From: Trueperaceae bacterium
Lineage (GTDB): Bacteria; Deinococcota; Deinococci; Deinococcales; Trueperaceae
Direction: 5' to 3'
Assembly: GCA_034521815.1 (NCBI GenBank)
Contig: JAXHLW010000001.1
Coordinates: 256,001-320,000, forward strand
Length of the DNA: 64,000 bases
Below the pieces are notes generated by a model that saw only the letters and a list, made by a program, of their open reading frames with translations, searched no databases and was not told the origin of the DNA. This document shows positions 29,602-41,618 of this stretch, in pieces. The position numbers and the translations under genes are program-made. Positions within the stretch are counted from its first letter, which is position 1. The number at the start of each line of letters is the position of its first letter.

Positions 29602-29612
29602 GAGGTGTTGCC

Positions 29613-30383
29613 ATGAGCGAGAACCGACTCGAGATCCGTGATCTTCACGCCCGCGTCGCGGGCGGCGAGGAGATCCTGAAAGGCGTCGATCTGATCGTCC
29701 CTGCCGGCGAGGTGCACGCCTTGATGGGTCAGAACGGCAGCGGCAAGTCCACCCTGGCGAAGGTCATCGCCGGCGACCCCAGCTACGAGGTCACCGGCGG
29801 CGACGTCCTGGTCGACGGCACCAGCGTGCTCGAGATGGAGCCGGACGAGCGGGCGCGCGAGGGTCTGTACCTGGCGTTCCAGTACCCGGTCGAGGTTCCC
29901 GGCGTGTCGATCGCGAACTTCCTCCGTATGGCCCTGAACGCCAAGCGCGACGACGACGACGAGATCGGCGTGATGGAGTTCTACGAGAAGCTTCAGCAAG
30001 CCGTCGCCGCCCTGAACTGGGACGAGGCGATCATCGAACGCAACCTGCACGAAGGGTTCTCGGGCGGCGAGAAGAAGCGCAGCGAGATCCTGCAGCTGCT
30101 GGTGCTCGAGCCACGCTACGCGATTCTCGACGAGACCGACTCGGGCCTCGACGTCGACGCGCTCAAGACCGTCTCGCAAGGCGTGAACGCCGCCCGCGGT
30201 CCCGGCTTCGGCGCGCTCGTGATCACCCACTACCAGCGCTTGCTGAACTACATCGTGCCCGATCGGGTCCACGTGATGTCGAACGGTCGAGTCATCACCA
30301 GCGGTGACAAGGAGCTCGCGATCGAGCTCGATACCCGCGGCTACGACTGGATCAAGGACGAGGTCGCCGCCGCAAGCGCCTGA
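29613..30383 (+). CDS. sufC: Fe-S assembly ATPase
   Basis: GQNGSGKST, LAFQYPVEVPGV, GFSGGEKKR, ILDETDSGLDVD. Confidence 0.97.
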   Translation: MSENRLEIRDLHARVAGGEEILKGVDLIVPAGEVHALMGQNGSGKSTLAKVIAGDPSYEVTGGDVLVDGTSVLEMEPDERAREGLYLAFQYPVEVPGVSIANFLRMALNAKRDDDDEIGVMEFYEKLQQAVAALNWDEAIIERNLHEGFSGGEKKRSEILQLLVLEPRYAILDETDSGLDVDALKTVSQGVNAARGPGFGALVITHYQRLLNYIVPDRVHVMSNGRVITSGDKELAIELDTRGYDWIKDEVAAASA

Positions 30384-30482
30384 CCCGAGGGCGCCGTCGC
30401 GGACGCGACCGCGCTTCGCTGCACGCCTCGACCGGCGGGACCCCCCGCCGACCCGCTGACTCGCACCCTGAGGAGGGACGAC

Positions 30483-31916
30483 GTGGCAGACGCACCGATG
30501 GAGCATCCCGACGCCGGCAAGCTGACCGGCATGGAGCACGAGAAGCAGTACGACTTCCAGCTTCCCGAATCGTACTTCTACAAGTCCGAAAAGGGCCTGA
30601 ACAAGCGCGTGATCGAGAAGATCAGCTACTTCAAGGGCGAGCCCCAGTGGATGCTCGACTTCAGGCTGAGGGCGCTCGAGATCGCCGAGAAGAAGGGCCC
30701 GCCCAAGTGGGGTCCCGACCTGTCCGGCTTGAACTTCGACGACATCTACTTCTACATCCGTCCCAACGAGCGCCAGGGCACGACGAGCTCGTGGGACGAG
30801 ATTCCCGCGGAGGTTCGCGAGACCTACCGTCGGCTCGGGATTCCCGAGGCCGAGCAGAAGGTCCTCGCCGGCGTGGGAGCCCAGTACGAGAGCGAGATGG
30901 TCTACCACAACCTCAAGGAGGAGTGGGAGAAGCTCGGCGTCATCTTCCTGGACACCGACACCGGCCTCAAGGAGCACCCCGAGATCTTCCGCGAGCACTT
31001 CGCGACCGTCGTCCCGCCCGAGGACAACTACTACGCGGCCGTGAACAGCGCCGTCTGGTCGGGCGGCTCGTTCGTGTACGTTCCTGCCGGCGTCGACGTC
31101 GACGTTCCGCTGCAGGCGTACTTCCTGCTCAACGCCGAGAACATCGGCCAGTTCGAGCGCACCCTGATCATCGTCGAGGAGGGCGCCAAGGCGCACTACA
31201 TCGAGGGCTGCACCGCGCCGACCTACAACTCGGACAGCTTCCACTCCGGCGTGATCGAGATTCTCGCCAAGGAGAACTCGAAGGTTCGCTACTCGACGAT
31301 CCAGAACTGGTCGCACAACGTCTACAACCTCGTCACCCAGCGCGCCATGGTCTACGACAACGCCAGCATGGGCTGGCTGGACGGAAACCTCGGCTCGAAG
31401 GTGACGATGAAGTACCCGAGCTGCTACCTGGTGGGCAACGGCGCGCACGGCGAGGTGCTGTCCATCGCGTTCGCCGGCGACGGTCAGCATCAGGACGCCG
31501 GCGCCAAGGTGATCCATGCGGCGCCGAACACCACCAGCTCGGTCGTGTCGAAGTCGATCTCGAAGGGTCAGGGCACCAGCAGCTACCGCGGCCTGGTCCA
31601 GATTCACGAGGGCGCCACCAACGCGAAGTCGAACGTCGAGTGCGACGCGCTGCTGATGGACGACACCTCGCGCACGAACACCTACCCGTACATCGAGATC
31701 AACGAGAAGACCGCGCACGTCGGCCACGAGGCGACCGTCTCGAAGCTGAACGAGGAGCAGATCTTCTACCTGATGTCGCGCGGCCTGGCCGAAGAGGAGG
31801 CGATGGCGCTGATCGTGCGTGGATTCCTCGAGCCGGTCGCGAAGGAGCTTCCGCTGGAGTACGCGGTCGAGCTGAATCGCCTGATCGAGCTCGAGATGGA
31901 AGGGAGCGTCGGCTGA
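30483..31916 (+). CDS. sufB: Fe-S assembly scaffold
   Basis: AVWSGGSF, GQFERTLII, YIEGCTAP, NLGSKVTMKYP, HEATVSK. Confidence 0.97.
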   Translation: MADAPMEHPDAGKLTGMEHEKQYDFQLPESYFYKSEKGLNKRVIEKISYFKGEPQWMLDFRLRALEIAEKKGPPKWGPDLSGLNFDDIYFYIRPNERQGTTSSWDEIPAEVRETYRRLGIPEAEQKVLAGVGAQYESEMVYHNLKEEWEKLGVIFLDTDTGLKEHPEIFREHFATVVPPEDNYYAAVNSAVWSGGSFVYVPAGVDVDVPLQAYFLLNAENIGQFERTLIIVEEGAKAHYIEGCTAPTYNSDSFHSGVIEILAKENSKVRYSTIQNWSHNVYNLVTQRAMVYDNASMGWLDGNLGSKVTMKYPSCYLVGNGAHGEVLSIAFAGDGQHQDAGAKVIHAAPNTTSSVVSKSISKGQGTSSYRGLVQIHEGATNAKSNVECDALLMDDTSRTNTYPYIEINEKTAHVGHEATVSKLNEEQIFYLMSRGLAEEEAMALIVRGFLEPVAKELPLEYAVELNRLIELEMEGSVG

Positions 31917-31917
31917 G

Positions 31918-33240
31918 GTGGCGACGCTGACCGACGCCGCTGCGCTGAACGCCGGCGCGCTGGACGCGCTGATCGACCGTCGCGGCGAGCCCGACTGGCT
32001 GGCCGAGGAACGGCGGGCGGCGTTCCGCACGTTCGAGGCCACCCCCTGGCCCACCTCGCGGGACGAGAACTGGCGCTACACCGACCTTAGGCGCTTCTCC
32101 GTGGCGGGCCTCGAGCTCGGCGACGGGCCGGCGGACAGGAACGTGTCCGATCGCATCGGCATGCGAATGACCGACTCCGACGCCGAGGGGATCCTGGTCC
32201 ACAAGAACGGCGAGACGATCCAACGCGTCATCGACCTGGCCGAGAAGGGCGTGTTGTTCACCGACCTGCGCAGCGCCGTGCGCGACCACGAGGAGCTCGT
32301 CCGCGAGCACCTCTACAGCGTCGTCGACGCGAAGGCCGGCAAGTACCACGCCATGAACGCCGCCTTCTGGCAGAACGGCACCTTCGTGTACGTCCCCCGC
32401 GGGGTCGAGGTCGAGCTTCCCCTGGGCGCCTTCACCACCGCCGACCGGGGCGGGCTGTCCGCCGGCCGAACCCTGGTCGTGGTGGAGGAGAACGCCAAGG
32501 TCACCTTCCTGGACGAGTACACCAGCGAGCCGTTCGACGAGCGCCTGTTCCACGGCGCCTCGACCGAGCTGATCCTCGGTCAGGGCGCCAAGGTGCGCTA
32601 CCTGAGCCTGCAGAACTGGGGCCGCAACGTCGCGCACATGAACAAGGTCGCCGCCAAGCTGGGCCGCGACGCGAGTCTCGAGTCGCTCAGCGTGAGCGTC
32701 GGGGCCGACGCCGCGCGCGCCGAGGTCGAGTCGACGATGGAAGGCCCGGGCTCGGAGTCCGAGATGCTGGGTCTCTACTTCGCCGACCGGGGCCAGCACT
32801 ACAACCAGTACACGGTTCAGCACCACGCCTCGCACCACGCGTTCAGCGACGTGCTGTTCAAGGGGGCGCTGCGCGACGCCAGCACGGCGGTGTACTCCGG
32901 CGTGATCGTCGTCGACGAAGGCGCGCAGAAGACCGACGCGTACCAGACGAACCGCAACCTGCTGCTCGACGGCGAGTCCGAGGCGGTCAGCATCCCGCAG
33001 CTCGAGATCGGCGCGAACGACGTGCGCTGCTCGCACGGATCGACGACCGGACCGGTTCCCGAGGACCAGCGCTTCTACCTGATGAGCCGCGGGATGCGCT
33101 CCGAGGTGGCCGAGCACCTGCTGGTCACGGGCTTCTTGTACGAGGTGATGAGCCGCGTGACCCTGCCCAAGGTGGCCGAGTACGTCGGGCGCGTCGTCCA
33201 GGCGAAGCTCGGCGTTCCCGGCGTCAAGGAGAAGCTGTGA
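31918..33240 (+). CDS. sufD: Fe-S assembly protein
   Basis: ENWRYTD, AQKTDAYQ, PQLEI.ANDVRCSHG, FYLMSRG. Confidence 0.95.
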   Translation: MATLTDAAALNAGALDALIDRRGEPDWLAEERRAAFRTFEATPWPTSRDENWRYTDLRRFSVAGLELGDGPADRNVSDRIGMRMTDSDAEGILVHKNGETIQRVIDLAEKGVLFTDLRSAVRDHEELVREHLYSVVDAKAGKYHAMNAAFWQNGTFVYVPRGVEVELPLGAFTTADRGGLSAGRTLVVVEENAKVTFLDEYTSEPFDERLFHGASTELILGQGAKVRYLSLQNWGRNVAHMNKVAAKLGRDASLESLSVSVGADAARAEVESTMEGPGSESEMLGLYFADRGQHYNQYTVQHHASHHAFSDVLFKGALRDASTAVYSGVIVVDEGAQKTDAYQTNRNLLLDGESEAVSIPQLEIGANDVRCSHGSTTGPVPEDQRFYLMSRGMRSEVAEHLLVTGFLYEVMSRVTLPKVAEYVGRVVQAKLGVPGVKEKL

Positions 33241-33554
33241 CCGAGACCCGCTACGACGTCGGCTCGGTCGAGGAGTTCGGCGAGGACTCGATCACGGCCG
33301 TCACGGTCGAGGACCGGGAGCTCGTCGTGATTCGGCAGGGAGGGCGGGTCTACGCCCTCCCCGACCGCTGCACCCACGCCAAGTACCCGCTCCACGACGG
33401 CGAGCTGCTCGACGGCAAGATCCGTTGCGTGCACCACGGCGCGACGTTCGACCTCGAGACGGGGCGCCCGACCATGCCCGCGCTGAAGAAGATCCAGCTC
33501 TTCGGCGCCGAGATCGAGGACGACCGCGTGTACGTGACGCTTCAGCAGGCCTGA
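33237..33554 (+). CDS. Rieske-type [2Fe-2S] ferredoxin
   Basis: CTH...CVHHGATFD. Confidence 0.92.
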   Translation: MTETRYDVGSVEEFGEDSITAVTVEDRELVVIRQGGRVYALPDRCTHAKYPLHDGELLDGKIRCVHHGATFDLETGRPTMPALKKIQLFGAEIEDDRVYVTLQQA

Positions 33555-33622
33555 GCGCGCGACCGCGCCGACGAGCGCGTCGATCAGCGCGCCTCGTCGT
33601 GGTCGCCGCGATCGGCGCGCCC

Positions 33623-34108
33623 TCAGACCTCCTCGACCCTCATCAACACCGTCACGCGCGCCTGCACGTGCCGTGGCGCGAGACCCTCGCTGGTCTTGAA
33701 CCCGAGCCCGACGCGGCCGGGCTCGATGCCCAGCAGCTCGCCGAGGGTCCGCTGGATCTCGACGCGATGCGGTCCCAGCTTCGGTCGGTCCAGCGTCACG
33801 ACCGCCGCGACGTTGACCACGGTCGTCTCGCCGATCGCGTCGCGGATGCGCTCCTGAACCGTCTGGAGGATCACCTGGCTGTCCAGCCCGGCGTAGTTCG
33901 GGTTGCTGGGCGGAAAGTACTGACCGATGTCGCCCAGCCCGAAGGAGGACAGCATCGCGTCCGACAGCGCGTGCAGCAGCGCGTCGCCGTCGCTGTGCGC
34001 CGCCGCGCCGCGAGGACTGAGCGGGATCTCGAATCCGCCCAGCACCAGGCGCCGGCCGGTCACCAGCCCGTGCGCGTCCTCTCCGAAGCCGATACGTAGG
34101 GAGTCCAT
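33623..34108 (-). CDS. ispF: 2-C-methyl-D-erythritol 2,4-cyclodiphosphate synthase
   Basis: [33 protein letters not shown]. Confidence 0.95.
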   Translation of the reverse strand: MDSLRIGFGEDAHGLVTGRRLVLGGFEIPLSPRGAAAHSDGDALLHALSDAMLSSFGLGDIGQYFPPSNPNYAGLDSQVILQTVQERIRDAIGETTVVNVAAVVTLDRPKLGPHRVEIQRTLGELLGIEPGRVGLGFKTSEGLAPRHVQARVTVLMRVEEV

Positions 34109-34163
34109 GACCGCTCATCGTACCCCCACGGTCGGGCCCCGATCTGGACGGTTCGTCGGCGGA

Positions 34164-34219
34164 ACGCTCGCCGACCGGACGCTCGCCGGCCGGACGTTCG
34201 CGGGCCGGACGCTCGCCGA
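34164..34219. repeat. 15-bp imperfect tandem repeat x~3.7 in divergent intergenic region
   Basis: ACGCTCGCCGRCCGG-like units. Confidence 0.75.
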
Positions 34220-34241
34220 TGCGCGTGGCATGATGGCCGCC

Positions 34242-35129
34242 ATGCCGTTTCCGCTCGGGGTCGCCGTTCTGGTGCTCGTCACGCTGATCTGGGGGACGAC
34301 CTTCATCGTCGTGAAGGAAACGCTCGAGGTGCTGCCGGTCCCGCTCCTGCTGGCGCTGCGGTTCTCCCTGGCCGCCGCCTGCTTCGCGTGGGTGCCGTTC
34401 CACAGAGCGGCGCTCCGGCCCGCGGCGATCCTGGGGCTGCTGGCGTTCGCCGGCTTCGGCACGCAAACGCTGGGCCTGTCGATCACCACCGCCTCGAAAG
34501 CCGCGTTCATCACCGGCCTGTCGGTCGTCCTCACGCCGATGGTCGCTGCTGCCTGGCTGCGGGTCGGCGTCCCCGCGCGAGCCTGGGCGGCCGCCTTCGT
34601 CGCCGTATCCGGCTTGGCGCTGATGACGTTGCGAGGCGGCGTCGCTGGGGGCGAAGGGATGGACGGCGTCAACGGCGGCGACCTCTGGGTGCTGGGGACC
34701 GCGCTGGCGTACGCGCTGTACATCGTCTACCTCGGACGCGTCGCGGACGCGGCGCCGGCGCTGTCGCTGGCCGGCATGCAGCACCTGCCGATGGCCGCCC
34801 TGGCCTGGCTGTGGGCGATTCCGCACGTCTCGGTGTTGCCCACCGTGCCGCTCTCCGCCTACGGCGCGATCGTCTACCTGGCCGTGGTCTGCACGGCGCT
34901 CATCGCGGTCGCGCAGGTGTACGCGCAGCGCGTGGTGCCGGCCCACCTCGCCGCGCTGATCTTCGTCCTGGAGCCGGTGTTCGCCTCCGCCTTCGCGTTC
35001 GTGCTGCTGGGCGAGCGCCTGGGCGCCTACGGCTGGATCGGCGGAGCGCTGGTGGTGCTCGCGATGGGGATCGCCGAGCTGCGACCGAAGCGGCGCAGTG
35101 CCGCCCGGCGGGCCGCAGCGCGAGGCTGA
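34242..35129 (+). CDS. EamA/DMT family transporter
   Basis: LIWGTTF, TTASKAAFITGL, LIFVLEPVFA, LLGE. Confidence 0.9.
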   Translation: MPFPLGVAVLVLVTLIWGTTFIVVKETLEVLPVPLLLALRFSLAAACFAWVPFHRAALRPAAILGLLAFAGFGTQTLGLSITTASKAAFITGLSVVLTPMVAAAWLRVGVPARAWAAAFVAVSGLALMTLRGGVAGGEGMDGVNGGDLWVLGTALAYALYIVYLGRVADAAPALSLAGMQHLPMAALAWLWAIPHVSVLPTVPLSAYGAIVYLAVVCTALIAVAQVYAQRVVPAHLAALIFVLEPVFASAFAFVLLGERLGAYGWIGGALVVLAMGIAELRPKRRSAARRAAARG

Positions 35130-35157
35130 GGCCCGCCGGGCGCGGCTCGGCCGTGCG

Positions 35158-37101
<1,944 letters not shown>

Positions 37102-37222
37102 GAGCGCCTCCTCCGTGGCCGGGGCCGTGGACGCGTGCGCGGCAGGACGCCCGAATGCGCGGGTGGGCGACCTTGGCGTGGTCGTAGACGTGACGGCGAG
37201 CATACCGTACGCGCTCGCGGCG

Positions 37223-38737
37223 TCAGTCAGGACGCTCTCGCGACGCCCCGCGCTGCAGACGCTCCCAGACCACCGCCCGCCAGCCGCGCGGGATCTTCCA
37301 CCAGTCGGTCGTGAAGATCACGAACACCGCCACCACCTCGAGCCGTCCCAGGTACATGGCGAAGGTCAGCAACACCTTGATGCCGTCGGGGAAGCCGGCG
37401 TAGCTGCCCATCGGTCCGACCTCCCCCAGGCCGGGGCCGATGTTGCCCAGCGTGCCGATCGCCGCCGTGAAGGCGGTGACGAAGTCGGCGCCGGACAGGG
37501 CCAGGATCGCCGTCAGCGTGGCGAACACGGCGAAGTAGATCGTCAGGAAGGCGCTGACGGCGCGGAGCACCTCGTCCGGCACGGTGCGTGTGCCGAAGCG
37601 GACCGGCAGCACCGCTCGCGGGTGCAGCGTGCGACGGACCTCGCGGGCCGCATGCCGGGCGATGATCAGCAGGCGAACGACCTTGACGCCCCCGGCGGCG
37701 CTCCCCGCCGAGCCGCCGACGAACATCATCAGCACCAGCGCCACCTGCGCCGACGGGTCCCAGGCGGCGAAGTCGGTGGTGGCGTACCCGGTGGTGGTCA
37801 CGATCGAGACGACCTGGAACAGGGCGTGGCGCGGCGCGTCGTCGCCGAACGCCGGCCACAGCATCCAGATCGCCACGGCGCCGGCCGCCGACACGATCGC
37901 GATGTAGGTGCGGAACTCGGGATCGCGCACCAGCGCGGACGGACGCCCCGAGAGGGCGCGGTACTGAAGCGCGAAGTTCACGCCGGCGAACAGCATGAAC
38001 GCCGTCGCCACCCATTGGGCCGCCGCGGGCAAGGTCTGAAACGAGCGGGGCTCCGGGCTGAAGCCGCCCGCCGCCACGGTCGTGAACGCGTGGATCAGCG
38101 CGTCGAACGGCGGCATGCCGGCCACCAGGTAGGCCACCAGGCAGGCGGTCGACAGGCCCAGGTAGACGAGCAGCACCGCTCCGGCGGTGTTGCGCAGGCG
38201 GGGCGTCAGCCGGTCCTCGCTGGGTCCCGGCGTCTCGGCGGAGAACAGCTGCCGCCCGGCGATCGCCAGCTGAGGAAAGACCGCGAGGAACAGCACCACG
38301 ATGCCGATCCCGCCGATCCACTGCGACAGCGCGCGCCATAGGAACAACGAGCGGCCGAACGCCTCGAAGCGAGCGCCGTCCAGCATGGTGGCGCCGGTGG
38401 CGGTGAAGCCGCTCATCGACTCGAACGCCGCGTCGGCCCACGGCAGGCCGCCGTCCAGAAGGTACGGGATCAGTCCGGCGATCGGAACCACCAGCCACAG
38501 CAGCATCACCGACAGCAGCGTCTCGCGTCGCGACGGCTCGCCCTGGGCGCTGCCCAGGCGAACCAACAGCGACCCGCTGGCGCCGGCCAGCGCCGCCGCG
38601 GTCAGGAAGCCACGATTCGACTCGCCCAGCAGGGCGGCCAGCAGCGCGTGACCGGCCGCCAACGCCGCGACCCCCAGCAGACCGATGCCCACCACCCGGG
38701 GCGCGAACCGGCCGCGGGGTCCTCGTCCCCGCTTCAC
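37223..38737 (-). CDS. trkH: TrkH-family K+ uptake membrane subunit (copy 2)
   Basis: [42 protein letters not shown]. Confidence 0.93.
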   Translation of the reverse strand: MKRGRGPRGRFAPRVVGIGLLGVAALAAGHALLAALLGESNRGFLTAAALAGASGSLLVRLGSAQGEPSRRETLLSVMLLWLVVPIAGLIPYLLDGGLPWADAAFESMSGFTATGATMLDGARFEAFGRSLFLWRALSQWIGGIGIVVLFLAVFPQLAIAGRQLFSAETPGPSEDRLTPRLRNTAGAVLLVYLGLSTACLVAYLVAGMPPFDALIHAFTTVAAGGFSPEPRSFQTLPAAAQWVATAFMLFAGVNFALQYRALSGRPSALVRDPEFRTYIAIVSAAGAVAIWMLWPAFGDDAPRHALFQVVSIVTTTGYATTDFAAWDPSAQVALVLMMFVGGSAGSAAGGVKVVRLLIIARHAAREVRRTLHPRAVLPVRFGTRTVPDEVLRAVSAFLTIYFAVFATLTAILALSGADFVTAFTAAIGTLGNIGPGLGEVGPMGSYAGFPDGIKVLLTFAMYLGRLEVVAVFVIFTTDWWKIPRGWRAVVWERLQRGASRERPD

Positions 38738-40242
38738 GGCGAGCTCCTAGGGCCGCGGCGACGCCACGCCGCGCGTCGACCTTGCCGGCCGCGAGGCAGC
38801 TTCCACCAGTCGGCGGTGAAGACGACGAACACGGTCACCACCTCGAGCCGGCCGGCGTACATGGCGAACACCAGCGCGGCTTTCGCGGGATCGGCGAGAC
38901 CGGCGAAATCGTCCATCGGCCCGACCGCGCCCAGGCCCGGCCCCACGTTGCCCAGCGTGGCCAACGACGCGGTCACCGCCGTCAGGTGGTCGGCGCCGTA
39001 CGCGATCAGCACGCCGGTGGTCGCCAGCATCAGCGTCAGGTAGAGCGTCAAGAAGGCGGTGACGGCCCTCAGGACCTCGTCCGGGACGACGCGGCGACCG
39101 ACCCGCACCGGCAGCACCGCGCGCGGATGAAGCGCGCGGCGCACCTCGCGCGCCGTGTTCTTGCCCGCGATCAGCAGGCGCACGACCTTGATCCCACCGG
39201 CCGCGCTCCCCGCCGAGCCGCCTACGAACATCAGCGCGACCAGGACCGCCTGCGCGCGTCCGCCCCACGCCTCGAAGTCCAGCGAGGCGTAGCCGGTCGT
39301 CGTCAGGATCGACATCGACTGGAACAGGGCGTGGCGCGGCGCGGCGGCGAAGCCGTGCTCGGGGAGGAGCAGAACGGTCAGCGCTGCGCTCGCGACCAGG
39401 CCGATGGCGATGTAGGCGCGGAACTCGGCGTCGGCGAGCAGCAGCCGGGGCCGGCCCACCAGGGCCCGGTACTGGAGCGCGAAGTTCGCGCCTGCGAACG
39501 TCATGAACAAGATCGCCACCCACTGCGTGCCCGCGCCGAACGCCTCGAACGAGCGCGCCTCGGGGCTGAAGCCGCCAGCCGCCAAGGTCGTGAACGCGTG
39601 CGCCGTCGCGTCGAACGGGCCCATGCCGGTGGCGAGGTACCCGAGCAGACAGGCGACCGTCAGGCCCACGTAGACCGACAGCACCGCCCAGGCGGTGTTC
39701 CGCAAGCGCGGCGTGAATCGCTCCTCGTCCGGTCCGGGCGCCTCGGCCAGGAACAGCTGGCGTCCCGCGATCGCGAGGTGCGGGAAGACGGCGATGAACA
39801 GCACGATGATGCCGACGCCGCCGACCCATTGCCCCAGCGCCCGCCACAGGAACAGCGTGCGCCCGAAGCTTCCGAAGTCCACCAGGACCGTCGCCCCGGT
39901 GGTGGTGAACGCGCTCATCGCCTCGAACAGCGCGTCGAGCGGTGGCAGCGAGCCGTCGAGCGCGAACGGGATCGCGCTGAACGCCGGTACCGCGATCCAC
40001 AACAGGAGCACGGCCAGCAGCGACTCTCGGCGCGACGGCTCGCACCTGCTGCTGCCGCTGGCGAAGGCGATCGCTCCGACCAGGCCGGCCGCGACCGACG
40101 CGACGAGGAAGCCGGCGAAGCGCTCGCTGGCCAGCAACGCGGCCAACGCGAACAGCGCCGCGACGCTCGCGACACCGAGCAGGCCGATCCCCACCACGCG
40201 AGGTGCGAACCGTCCGCGCCCGCGGCGCTGGGCCACGGTCAC
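38734..40242 (-). CDS. trkH: TrkH-family K+ uptake membrane subunit (copy 1)
   Basis: FEAMSAFTTTG, TTTGY, LGNVGPG, GRLE; GTG start just after the trkA stop. Confidence 0.93.
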   Translation of the reverse strand: MTVAQRRGRGRFAPRVVGIGLLGVASVAALFALAALLASERFAGFLVASVAAGLVGAIAFASGSSRCEPSRRESLLAVLLLWIAVPAFSAIPFALDGSLPPLDALFEAMSAFTTTGATVLVDFGSFGRTLFLWRALGQWVGGVGIIVLFIAVFPHLAIAGRQLFLAEAPGPDEERFTPRLRNTAWAVLSVYVGLTVACLLGYLATGMGPFDATAHAFTTLAAGGFSPEARSFEAFGAGTQWVAILFMTFAGANFALQYRALVGRPRLLLADAEFRAYIAIGLVASAALTVLLLPEHGFAAAPRHALFQSMSILTTTGYASLDFEAWGGRAQAVLVALMFVGGSAGSAAGGIKVVRLLIAGKNTAREVRRALHPRAVLPVRVGRRVVPDEVLRAVTAFLTLYLTLMLATTGVLIAYGADHLTAVTASLATLGNVGPGLGAVGPMDDFAGLADPAKAALVFAMYAGRLEVVTVFVVFTADWWKLPRGRQGRRAAWRRRGPRSSP

Positions 40243-40243
40243 C

Positions 40244-41593
40244 TCAGCCGCCCGGGCGTCGCTGCTGTCGCTCGAGCCACGCCTCGACCGCCGCGACGTT
40301 GTCGGGCGTGGTGACGATATAGAGGTGATCACCGTGCTGGAGGGTGGTGTCGCCCGAGGGGATGATCACCTTGTCGTGACGCAGGATCGCGCCGATGAGG
40401 CTGCGCGGCGGCGCTCCGAGATCCCGGATCTTGCCGACCTTGGCCTTGACCGGGTAGGCGACCTCCATCACCTCGGCGCGGTCCTCGATCGTCGCGAGGT
40501 GGTCGACCTCGTCGAGCTGAAGCCAGTTGATGACCTCGCTCAGCGCGGCCGTCCGGGGCGTCAGGGGCGAGTCGATCCCGACCCGCTCGAACAGCCGCCG
40601 GTTGCGGCTGCGGCCCACGCGCGTCACGACCTTCGGAACGCCCAGCTGCTTCGCGAGCAGGCTGGCCAGCAGGTTCTTGCCGTCGTCGTCGGTGACCGCG
40701 ACGACCACGTCGCTGTCGTCCAGGCGCTCCTGCTCCATCAGCTCCAGATCGGTGCCGTCCCCGTGGAGCACCAGCGTGCCGGGAAGGAGCTGCGCGAGCT
40801 TCTCGCAGCGTGCCTCGTCGCCCTCGATGATCGTGATCCGCGCGTGCGCGTCCTGCAGCCGTTCCGCGACCATGAAGCCGACGTTGCCGCCTCCGATGAT
40901 CGTGACGCGGACGCGCTGCTTCCGGGGCGCGAAACGCTTCTCGACCGCACGGATGCTCTCCGTCGTGCCCAGGAACACGACCTTGTCCCCCGCACAAAGC
41001 ACGGTTCGACCGGACGGCACGATGAAGGAGTCGTCGCGGATCGAGCCGACCAGCAGCGCGTTGGCCGGCACGTCGGCGTCCGCCAGGCTCTCGCCGACGA
41101 ACGGGTCGTCCGGCTCGAGCCGGTACTCGCGCATGTGGAGGCGGCCATCGGCGAAGCTGGCGCTGTCGACCGCACGAGGAATCCGCACGATGTCGGCGAT
41201 CTGGTTCGCGAGGATCCGCTGCGGCCACAGCACGTGATCGATCGACAGGCCGACGTGGGTCATGGCGCCTTCGCGCGAGAACGCGTCGAGGTAGCGCTGC
41301 CGCGACACGAACGCCAGCGTGCGCTTGGCGCCCAGGCCTTTGGCGGCCAGGCAGGCCAGGACGTTCACGTCGTCGTTCGCGGTGCAGGCGATCACCGCGT
41401 CGGCGTCGGCGGTGCCCGCCTCGGCCAGATCGTCGGGGTCGGCGCCGTTGCCCCGCACGAACCGCACGTCCAAGGTGTCGAACGACGAGCTGCGCGTCTC
41501 GTCCTGGTCGAGGACGGTCACGTTGTGTTGGCGGTGCAGCGCGGCGGCGATCTGGATCCCGATCTCGGCACCGCCGACGACGACGACGTTCAT
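40244..41593 (-). CDS. trkA: Trk system RCK regulatory subunit
   Basis: Two RCK_N/RCK_C pairs, IIGGGNVG, IIPSGDTTLQHGD. Confidence 0.93.
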   Translation of the reverse strand: MNVVVVGGAEIGIQIAAALHRQHNVTVLDQDETRSSSFDTLDVRFVRGNGADPDDLAEAGTADADAVIACTANDDVNVLACLAAKGLGAKRTLAFVSRQRYLDAFSREGAMTHVGLSIDHVLWPQRILANQIADIVRIPRAVDSASFADGRLHMREYRLEPDDPFVGESLADADVPANALLVGSIRDDSFIVPSGRTVLCAGDKVVFLGTTESIRAVEKRFAPRKQRVRVTIIGGGNVGFMVAERLQDAHARITIIEGDEARCEKLAQLLPGTLVLHGDGTDLELMEQERLDDSDVVVAVTDDDGKNLLASLLAKQLGVPKVVTRVGRSRNRRLFERVGIDSPLTPRTAALSEVINWLQLDEVDHLATIEDRAEVMEVAYPVKAKVGKIRDLGAPPRSLIGAILRHDKVIIPSGDTTLQHGDHLYIVTTPDNVAAVEAWLERQQRRPGG

Positions 41594-41618
41594 ATGCGCG
41601 CCATCTTAGCCGACGCCG

